Origin: an uncultured Actinomycetes bacterium
Lineage (GTDB): Bacteria > Actinomycetota > CADDZG01 > WHSQ01
Assembly: GCA_963786155.1 (NCBI GenBank)
Contig: CAWAXW010000006.1
Coordinates: forward strand, 1,693,951-1,717,950
Length of the DNA: 24,000 nucleotides
Direction: 5' to 3'
The translations under genes were made by a program, and so were the position numbers. Of the stretch, positions 8,584 through 16,096 are shown piece after piece. The number at the start of each line of letters is the position of its first letter. The stretch's first letter is position 1. The notes under the pieces are model-generated. The model saw nothing but the letters and a program-made list of their open reading frames with translations, made no database searches and was not told where the DNA came from.

Positions 8584-8762
8584 TGCGGGGCAAGTTCTGC
8601 TCCGGTTGTGGGCGTGACTCATCGATCTGCTCGGGTGATTGCGCGCCCACCCTCGACCCGCCACGCTTCTGCGAGGAGTGTGGTCGCAAGCTCGAGGTGA
8701 AGATCAGCCCCTCGGGTTTCGTCGCCACTTGCGGGCGGCACGGTCAACAAATGACTAGTTAA
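8583..8762 (+). CDS. bsaP: 59-aa Cys-rich zinc-ribbon protein coupled to bioB; probable biotin synthase auxiliary protein
   Basis: The GTG at 8583 shares its G with the bioB TAG stop (taGtg). Translation: (M)RGKFCSGCGRDSSICSGDCAPTLDPPRFCEECGRKLEVKISPSGFVATCGRHGQQMTS. It has CxxC...CxxxC and CxxC...CxxH sites and a high GC3. Its position and the PRFCxxCGR...CxRHG pattern match my recollection of actinobacterial BsaP; this was not verified by a search. Confidence 0.5.
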   Translation: MRGKFCSGCGRDSSICSGDCAPTLDPPRFCEECGRKLEVKISPSGFVATCGRHGQQMTS

Positions 8763-8832
8763 AACGAACCAGCCCTTGACTATTTCTCGACAACCCCGGA
8801 ATAGGTCGCGTTCATCCGGGCAATATCCCTCT

Positions 8833-9213
8833 ATGCGAACCAGCATCGCGCTCCCCTTGGATCTCGGTTCGGCGGTCGCGGCGCGCGCCTACATCGAGCG
8901 CGCCTTGAACGAAACCATCGAGCGGGATGTGCTCGAGGACGCGCGCCTGCTCGTCAACGAGCTCGTGACGAACAGCGTCAAGCATTGCGACGGATCGGGC
9001 CAGGTGACCCTGACCGTTAGCACCCATCCCCAGCGGGTGCGGGTCGAGGTTCACGACCCCGGCTCCGGATTCACTCCCCCCACCGGTCACCCGGACCTGT
9101 CGTCTACCTCCGGGCGGGGCCTCTTCCTCGTGGATCGTCTCTCCGACCGCTGGGGAGTGAGCAACGACGGCCTGACCTGCGTCTGGTTCGAGCTCGACCG
9201 TTCCGGCGCTTAG
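8833..9213 (+). CDS. ATP-binding protein, RsbW/SpoIIAB-like anti-sigma-factor kinase fold (HATPase_c_2)
   Basis: Within ORF 8776..9213 I prefer the ATG at 8833. Motifs: LLVNELVTNSVKH (N-box), VHDPGSGF (G1), GRGLFLVDRLSDRWGV (G2). Confidence 0.75.
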   Translation: MRTSIALPLDLGSAVAARAYIERALNETIERDVLEDARLLVNELVTNSVKHCDGSGQVTLTVSTHPQRVRVEVHDPGSGFTPPTGHPDLSSTSGRGLFLVDRLSDRWGVSNDGLTCVWFELDRSGA

Positions 9214-9380
9214 CCCTCGGAACGCTCCTCGTCCGGCTCTAATGCCGGCGCGGTGGGTTCGTCCACGCTCACGTTCCCGGGCCCCTCGGTGTCTTTGCCC
9301 CTGGACACCTCGGTCGGCTCCTTGGTGCCGGGCAGTGGCAGGTCGCCGCCCTCGTTCAGATCGTCGGCCCTCTGAGACAT
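9210..9380 (-). CDS. Hypothetical 56-aa acidic, Pro/Glu/Gly-rich protein
   Basis: Part of ORF 9210..9539. The ATG at 9380 is preceded by GGGAGGGGGAG. Translation: MSQRADDLNEGGDLPLPGTKEPTEVSRGKDTEGPGNVSVDEPTAPALEPDEERSEG. GC3 is high. Its stop overlaps the stop of the convergent gene (tTAg). It has low complexity, so it is tentative. Confidence 0.35.
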   Translation of the reverse strand: MSQRADDLNEGGDLPLPGTKEPTEVSRGKDTEGPGNVSVDEPTAPALEPDEERSEG

Positions 9381-9445
9381 CGCTCCCCCTCCCGAAATGA
9401 CGGTGTTTTCGCCTTCGCAGGCTTGATTCGTCATACCCTTTAGGC

Positions 9446-12400
9446 GTGAAGGCATGCCCCAACTGCGGGGAGCAGAATGCCGACAAGGCCCGGTTCTGTC
9501 AGGTCTGCGGCACCAAGCTCGCCGTCGACGAAGAGGCACCGGTCCCCGCCGAGGTCCGAAAGACGGTCTCGGTCGTCTTCTGCGACCTGAAGGGCTCGAC
9601 CTCCCTGGGCGAGAGCGTCGACCCGGAGACCCTCCGGCGGGTGATCGCCCGCTATTTCAACGACATGAAGCTGGTCCTCGAGCGCCACGGCGGCACGGTC
9701 GAGAAGTTCATCGGCGACGCCGTCATGGCCGCTTTCGGGGTCCCCGTCCTCCATGAGGACGATGCCCTGCGGGCGGTGAGGGCGGCCATGGAGATGCAGA
9801 CCGCGATGGCCTCCATGAACGTGGACATCGAGCTCGAGTTCGGAGTCACCCTGGCGGCCCGGATCGGGGTCAACACCGGAGAGGTGATCGCCGGCGATCC
9901 CTCCGCGGGGCACGGCTTCGTATCGGGAGATGCGATCAACGTCGCAGCCCGTCTGGAGGCGGCGGCCGATCCAGGGATGGTCTTCATCGGCGAGCCGACC
10001 TACAAGCTCGTGCGTGACGCGGTAAAGGTCGAGCCCGTTCCCGCGCTGACGCTGAAGGGCAAAGCCGAGCCGATGCCGGCGTTCCGGCTGCTCGAGGTGA
10101 TCCCCCACGTGCTCGGCTCGTCGCGTCGCCTCGACTCGCCGCTCGTCGGGCGCGAGGAAGAGCTTCAGCAACTCGTGCAGATCTTCGAGCAGTCGATCGC
10201 CGAGAAGAGCTGCCGGCTCGCAACGATCTACGGCAACGCGGGAACGGGGAAGTCGCGCCTGATGGCGGAGTTCTGCGGAGGCGCGCAAGAGAAGGCAAAG
10301 CTCGTGCGCGGTCGTTGTCTCCCCTACGGCGAGGGCATCACGTTCTGGCCGGTTGCGGAAGCCGTGAAGGAGCTCTGCGGGATCACCGAAGAGGAGACTC
10401 CCGACCAGGCGATGGCCAAGATCTCCGCGCTGATGCCGGAAGGCGAGGAGAGTCGCCTCGTCACCGATCGCATCGCCGCGGCGATCGGCATCACCGAGAC
10501 CGGCGGAGATACACAAGAGACCTTCTGGGCAGTGCGAAAGCTGCTCGAGCACGTGGGAGCCGAAGGGCCGCTGCTCGTCGTGTTCGACGACATCCACTGG
10601 GCCGAGCCCACGATGCTCGACCTCATCGAGTACGTGTCGAGCTTCAGCCAGGGCGTCTCGATGATGCTGTTGTGCCTCGCGCGTCGCGACCTGCTCGACA
10701 CGCGTCCCTCCTGGGGCACCGGGTCGACGTCGATGTTGCTCGACCCACTCGGGCCCGAAGTCATCGGAAAGCTGATCGAGAACCTCCTCGGCCAAGCCCA
10801 GATGCCCGAGATCATGCGTCGCAAGATCACCGAGGCCGCCGAAGGCAATCCCCTCTACGTCGAAGAGATCCTGAGGATGCTCATCGACGACGGAGTCCTG
10901 GCGCGCGAGAACGGGCACTGGCGTCCGCAGGGCGACCTCGCCGACATCTCGATCCCACCGACGATCTCGGCTCTGCTCACCGCGCGTCTCGATCGACTCA
11001 ACATGAACGAACAGGGCGTCATCCAGCGCGGTGCAGTCATCGGGCGCGAGTTCTGGTGGGGCGCGGTGTCCGAGCTTTCGCCCGAAAGTCTCCGCCCGCA
11101 CGTCGGCGGCCACCTGCAGATGCTCGTACGCAAGGAGCTTGTCAAACCCGACCAGTCGAGCTTCGCCGGCGAGGACGCCTTCAAGTTCGGACACATCATG
11201 ATCAGAGATGCCGCCTATCAAGGGATGCCGAAAGAGCTGCGCGGCGAGTTGCACGAACGCTTCGCAACGTGGCTCGAACGCAAGGCAGGCGACCGCTTCC
11301 GTGAGTACGAGGAGATCCTCGGCTACCACCTCGAACAAAGCTTCAAGCTGCGCGAAGACCTGGGCCTCGTAGACGACCGCGTCCGCGACTTGGGCATGCA
11401 AGCCGCCGAGAGACTCGCCTCAGCCGGGGGCCGCGCCTTCAATCGTGGCGACATGCCTGCCGCCGCCAACCTCCTGGGTCGAGCGGTGGCACTTAGGCCG
11501 GCCCGAGACCCGAAGCGCATGCAACTGGCCATGGATCTTTCGGATGCGCTCATGGAGATCGGCGAGATCAAACAAGCGGAAACGGTGTTGGACCAAACCA
11601 TCCGCGTGGCTGATGCGATCGACGACAAGGCGATGGGCGCTAGAGCGAAACTGCAGCGCTCCCGCCTCAAGACGTACTCCGGGGACGAATCCTGGAAGGA
11701 AGAGGCACTTCACTCGGGAGAGCTCAAGCAGATCCTCGAGTCACTGAATGACGACGAAGGTCTCGCTCGCTACTACCTGCTTCAGGCCGAAGCCCATTGG
11801 GACGACATGAATCACGCGGGAACGGACGAAGCACTCGAGCAGGCGCTCAAGTATGCAAAGGCCGCCGAGCGCAAGGTCGATGAGGCGCGCATCCTTTCCT
11901 GGCTGGCCTCGTCCCAATTCTGGGGACCCACAAACGTCGATCTGGCGATCGAGCGCTGCGAGCAGATACTCAAGGACAGCAAAGGTCAACGCCTCGTTGA
12001 AGCTCGTTGCATGCTCCGAATAGCAGGTCTGCAGGCGATGAGAGGACGGGCCGAGCAGGCAAGGCTGCTGCTTGCCACGAGTAGGGCCGTTAATACCGAG
12101 CTCGGGATGAGCCTCTCTCTTGCGACGAGCACTCAAGAGGGGGCGATGATCGAGATCTTCTCAGGAGATCTGCCGGCGGCCGAGAAGGAGCTTCGCCAGG
12201 GCTACGAGTCGTTCGAACAGATGGGTGAGAAGGGTTACCTCGCGACGAGCGCTGCGATGCTCTCGGATGTGCTCTACATGCAGAAGCGTTTCGACGAAGC
12301 TGAAGAGTTCACGAAGATCAGCGAGGAAGCGGGAGGTGACATAACCGAGTGGGGACCAACTCGAGCACGGGTGCTGGCCCGGCGAGGGGAAGTCGAGAAG

Positions 12401-12646
12401 GGTGTTGAGCTCGCCAGGGACGCGGTTATGGAGGCCTCGGAAACAGACGACATACGGTTGCGAGGCGACACCTTCTTGGCTCTGGCCGAAGTTCTCTATC
12501 TGCACGACTTCAAAGAAGATGCCGCGCTCTTTGTCGAGAAGGCACTGGTGCTGTACGAGAAGAAGGGCATCCAATTCTCGATAAAGAGAGCCAACAACCT
12601 ATTGAGAGCTCTAAAACCCACGGACCAAACAAGTCAGGCTTCTTAG
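9446..12646 (+). CDS. Zinc-ribbon / class III adenylate-guanylate cyclase / AAA-type STAND ATPase / TPR multidomain protein
   Basis: 1066 aa, GTG start. N-terminal CPNCGEQN...FCQVCG. Cyclase motifs are intact: VVFCDLKGST, EKFIGDAVMAAFG, RIGVNTGEV, GDAINVAARLE. Walker A GNAGTGKSRL, Walker B LLVVFDDIHWAE, then a long helical TPR-like C-terminus. The 653-aa antisense ORF is a shadow. Confidence 0.9.
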   Translation: MKACPNCGEQNADKARFCQVCGTKLAVDEEAPVPAEVRKTVSVVFCDLKGSTSLGESVDPETLRRVIARYFNDMKLVLERHGGTVEKFIGDAVMAAFGVPVLHEDDALRAVRAAMEMQTAMASMNVDIELEFGVTLAARIGVNTGEVIAGDPSAGHGFVSGDAINVAARLEAAADPGMVFIGEPTYKLVRDAVKVEPVPALTLKGKAEPMPAFRLLEVIPHVLGSSRRLDSPLVGREEELQQLVQIFEQSIAEKSCRLATIYGNAGTGKSRLMAEFCGGAQEKAKLVRGRCLPYGEGITFWPVAEAVKELCGITEEETPDQAMAKISALMPEGEESRLVTDRIAAAIGITETGGDTQETFWAVRKLLEHVGAEGPLLVVFDDIHWAEPTMLDLIEYVSSFSQGVSMMLLCLARRDLLDTRPSWGTGSTSMLLDPLGPEVIGKLIENLLGQAQMPEIMRRKITEAAEGNPLYVEEILRMLIDDGVLARENGHWRPQGDLADISIPPTISALLTARLDRLNMNEQGVIQRGAVIGREFWWGAVSELSPESLRPHVGGHLQMLVRKELVKPDQSSFAGEDAFKFGHIMIRDAAYQGMPKELRGELHERFATWLERKAGDRFREYEEILGYHLEQSFKLREDLGLVDDRVRDLGMQAAERLASAGGRAFNRGDMPAAANLLGRAVALRPARDPKRMQLAMDLSDALMEIGEIKQAETVLDQTIRVADAIDDKAMGARAKLQRSRLKTYSGDESWKEEALHSGELKQILESLNDDEGLARYYLLQAEAHWDDMNHAGTDEALEQALKYAKAAERKVDEARILSWLASSQFWGPTNVDLAIERCEQILKDSKGQRLVEARCMLRIAGLQAMRGRAEQARLLLATSRAVNTELGMSLSLATSTQEGAMIEIFSGDLPAAEKELRQGYESFEQMGEKGYLATSAAMLSDVLYMQKRFDEAEEFTKISEEAGGDITEWGPTRARVLARRGEVEKGVELARDAVMEASETDDIRLRGDTFLALAEVLYLHDFKEDAALFVEKALVLYEKKGIQFSIKRANNLLRALKPTDQTSQAS

Positions 12647-12667
12647 GCCCAAGTAACCTTCGAACGA

Positions 12668-13933
12668 ATGAGTAGAGCATGGGTTGGCTTGATCATTGTC
12701 GTCATCTCATTCGCCGGATGCTCTTCCGACGAGACCCCTGACGAACCTTCTACTCGGCAGCCGGGCGAAACGACTGATGCCGTTTCGTTTTGGAACCGGC
12801 AGATCAACAGCACCGTCGTGGGCGTTGGATTCCTGTTCCCCGGGGACGCCGCCGTACATCAGGCCATCGCCCACACGGCAATCTACGATGCCGTCGTTGC
12901 GATCGAAGGCGGCTACGAACCGTACGCAGATCCCATCGAAGCCTCATCATCAGCTTCGACCGATGCAGCCGTTGCCGCCGCGGCACACGACGCGCTTGTG
13001 GCGATGTTCCCTGAGCAGACGGATCGCTTAGACGAGACGTACCAGTCGTTCTTGAGCGAGATTCCCGGAGGGGACGCCAAAGAAGCGGGCGTCGGTGTCG
13101 GAGAAGCTGCGGCAGCCAATCTTCTCGAGCGACGGAAGGAAGATGGACGCGATTACCCTCCCGATTTCCAGGGGACCGACCGCGCACCAGGGACGTTCCG
13201 GCCAACCCAACCCGATGCACCCTTGGGATCCGGGCTTGGCCGCGTTGACCCATTCGCCATGGAGACGTCCAGCGACTTCAGGCCAAAGGGTCCCCCGCGC
13301 CTCACGAGTCGCCGATACGCCGGGGATCTAAGAGAAGTGGCTCTCCTCGGAGAAGTAGGGAACTCCGCTCGCTCGAAGGAGCAGACTGCTATTGCAAGGT
13401 TCTGGACCGATCATCCGGTAGCCCAATTCAACCGTTCGCTCCGCCTGCTCGCCGGACAACTCGACATGCCGACCCTGGAGCAAGCTCGAATATTCGCCGC
13501 TACATCGGTTGCAGGAGCCGACGCGTTGATCGGTTGCTTTGAGACCAAGTACCACTACCTTTTCTGGCGACCGATACATGCGATTCGCCGGGCCGGCGAG
13601 GATGGGAATCCGAGGACCGCGCCCGACAAGACGTGGTCGCCGCTAATACCGACACCCAATCACCCGGACTATCCCTCGGCTCACGCGTGCTACTCGACCG
13701 CGGTGGCCACAGTCATTGACTCCCTTGTCGAGGAGACTTTCGACCTCACTATTACGAGTCGGATCACCGGCCGCGCCCAGACTTACGCTTCTATCGATGA
13801 ATTGCTCGATGAGATAGACGACGCCAGGGTTTGGGGGGGGATCCATTTCCGCTCGGCTACTCGGGATGGGCGCTTCATCGGGGAGTCTGTGGCAAAGCTG
13901 GTGGTTGAGAATTTCTTCCTTCCGAGCGATTAG
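12668..13933 (+). CDS. PAP2-superfamily / vanadium-dependent haloperoxidase-like lipoprotein
   Basis: 421 aa. Lipobox VISFAGC. PAP2-type motifs: K-YHYLFW-RP (Kx6RP), YPSAH (a PSGH variant), ARVWGGIHFRS (Rx5H). Confidence 0.8.
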   Translation: MSRAWVGLIIVVISFAGCSSDETPDEPSTRQPGETTDAVSFWNRQINSTVVGVGFLFPGDAAVHQAIAHTAIYDAVVAIEGGYEPYADPIEASSSASTDAAVAAAAHDALVAMFPEQTDRLDETYQSFLSEIPGGDAKEAGVGVGEAAAANLLERRKEDGRDYPPDFQGTDRAPGTFRPTQPDAPLGSGLGRVDPFAMETSSDFRPKGPPRLTSRRYAGDLREVALLGEVGNSARSKEQTAIARFWTDHPVAQFNRSLRLLAGQLDMPTLEQARIFAATSVAGADALIGCFETKYHYLFWRPIHAIRRAGEDGNPRTAPDKTWSPLIPTPNHPDYPSAHACYSTAVATVIDSLVEETFDLTITSRITGRAQTYASIDELLDEIDDARVWGGIHFRSATRDGRFIGESVAKLVVENFFLPSD

Positions 13934-13941
13934 GCCCTAAC

Positions 13942-13981
13942 TTTGCGCGTTGGCGTCCATATGTGGACGTATTCGCGCGAA
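13942..13981 (+). terminator. Candidate terminator: long interrupted stem-loop after the PAP2-like gene
   Basis: TTTGCGCG-tt-GGCGTCCA-tatg-TGGACGT-att-CGCGCGAA. The outer stem is 8 bp with one G-U pair; the inner stem is 7 bp with one G-U pair. It starts 9 nt after the stop codon. There is no U-tract. Confidence 0.35.
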
Positions 13982-14079
13982 GAACGAGCCATCGCTCGTG
14001 GATCCCGGGAAAGGACGCCCGGCAGGACTCCCTGGGGCCCTTCTAGAAGTCCTTAGTCCAGGCGAGCGAAGGAGTCCTC

Positions 14080-16087
14080 TTGGCATCATCGGCGGCGGCC
14101 GAGCTGCTCGACGCCCACAGTCGTAAGTTCATCACCGTTCTCCACAGCGAAGTGCTGGTGGTGCCGCGTCGTGGGGCTGTGGACGAGGAGCTGCGACGGA
14201 GGCTTGCCGCGCAGGCTCGTGTGCGGATCCATCGGATCCTCAACTCGCATGGCGCCACGGCTCAAGATCTGCCGGACGGAACGATCGTCGGGGCGTTCGG
14301 TGTCCCGACCGCGGACGAGGAGGACGCGCTGGCCGCGGTCCGAGCGGCTTTCGCTATCAAGGCGGACATCTCATCCATCGAGGAAGGTCTCCCAGACGAG
14401 CGAGCGGTGGACCTTTCAGTTGTGACCACCATCAACACGGGCGAGACCCTGATCCACGATCAGGGGATCGTCACCGGCCCCTCGCTCGAAGCTGCCATCC
14501 GCTTGTCTGACACGGCCGCGCCGGACGAGATACTCATCGGTGCTCACACCTTCCGCCTGGTGGCGGGGGCCGTCGATGCCGAGCCTCTGGAAACCTCGCC
14601 TTCCACGATCCCCGCCCTTCGTGTCACAGCTCTCGCGCCCAACGCCAAGAGTTTGGCGATCGGGCAGAAGGATGCTTTCGTCGGGCGAGGCCAAGACCTC
14701 ATGTTCCTTCAGGACGCGCTCGGCGCCGCGCTGGCGAGAAGATGCATCCGGGTCTCGCTGATGGGCGAGGCTGGGATAGGCAAGTCCCGGTTGATCCATG
14801 AGTTCGCCGGCATGCTTGCACCCGATATCCACGTGGTCTGGGGTCGGTGTCCGCCTCACGCTGGGGCGCCTCTTCACCCGTTGCTCCAGCTCACTCCCCA
14901 ACTGATAGGTCTTCCAATCTCGTCCGATCCCGCGCGTGATCGCCCGGCTGAGAGTCGAGACCGAGGGAACTCAGGATGCCGATCTATTGATCGATCGTGT
15001 GGGGCAACTCCTTGGGCTGCGCGAGCATGCACTCACGGTCCCCGAAGTCTTCTGGACGATCCGCTCACTGCTAACGCACGCGGCGAGCATGAGACCTCTC
15101 GTCATCATCCTCGACGACCTGCAGTGGGCCCAGAGATCCCTGCTGGACCTCCTCGAACATGTCGCCCTGTGGTCTTGGAACGTTCCGCTTCTCCTCGTTG
15201 GCGCCGGTCGCCCCCAGCTCGAGCAGATCAATCCGGCGTGGGCAACGTCTGATGCGCAAGCAAGATCCCACCGGCTTGCGCCTCTGTCCCCACCTGCTGC
15301 CAGGGAGCTGATCGAGCTCCTTCTTCCCGGCATCGACGATCGAGCGACCGATTACGTAGCGGCCCACACCGGAGGAAACCCTCTCTTCGTCGAACAGATG
15401 TTGATGATGCTCATCGAGGGTGAGGTCCTCACTCAGCACGAAGACGCATGGTCGTTCTCGTCGGGCGAGCCCGCTGTGATGATCCCGGCGACGATCCAAG
15501 CGTTAATCGCGTCACGACTCGACCGCCTAGCCGATGACGAGCGTGCCGTGCTTCAGCATGCCTCGGTCTCCCCCGGCTCGTTCACCCGAGGGGATATCGC
15601 GGCGCTCGCACCCCACCTGGGCGACATCCTCAATCAGACGATCCATCGACTGCTGGTGAAAGACCTATTGAGGCCGGTCCCGTCGAGGACCCTGGGCGAG
15701 GATGGCTATGCCTTCGTGCACGATCTCGTGCGTCACGCGGTCTACGACAGCATGACCAAGGAAAGACGCTCCGAGCTGCACGAGGTCCTCGGGCGCTACT
15801 TCATTCGACGGTGGAGCGGCGTCCGCCAGCACGACGAGGCCGCGGCACATCACTTCGAACGGGCTTACGCGCTGAGAAGCGACTTGGGCCTGCGCGACGA
15901 AAGGACGCTGGTCATCGGGGTCCTGGGGGCAGAGTCGCTGGAACGCGCTAGCTCGAACGCATTCAATCGAGGAGAACAAGATGCCGCCGTGCGGCTCGTC
16001 GAGCGGGGCCTCGAGCTCGTCCCATCGGGCGATTCGGTACACAAACGTCTGATGGCGCTCGAGGCTTCGATCAAGGGTGACGGATAG
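14080..16087 (+). pseudogene. Paralogue of the cyclase-STAND protein with degenerate cyclase motifs and an apparent +1 frame break near 14933
   Basis: ORF 14080..15252 has a TTG start with GAAGGAG 5 nt upstream. It carries a cyclase-like fold with altered catalytic positions plus Walker A GEAGIGKSRL. ORF 14936..16087 continues colinearly with Walker B LVIILDDLQWAQ, GGNPLFVEQ and helical repeats. The frames switch in cccgcgcgtgatc. The span is 2008 nt (3n+1). Confidence 0.7.
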
Positions 16088-16096
16088 CCAACCCGC

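Noticed and set aside
5252-8664. Long minus-strand ORFs (5252..6025, 5884..6783, 6153..6881, 7834..8664) across the bio operon
   Set aside because: All lie antisense to bioA/F/D/B, whose identities are secure. These are high-GC stop-codon-poor antisense frames.
8776-8806. TTGACT (8776..8781) as a -35 box with a downstream -10 for the RsbW-like gene
   Set aside because: No hexamer of TAnnnT form sits at 16-19 nt spacing. Too weak to report as a feature.
9440-11401. 653-aa minus-strand ORF antisense to the cyclase-STAND gene
   Set aside because: Its composition (Ala/Arg/Gly/Leu/Asp/Glu-rich, no recognisable motifs) is typical of a shadow ORF opposite a real high-GC gene. The plus-strand frame carries clear cyclase, Walker A/B and TPR motifs.
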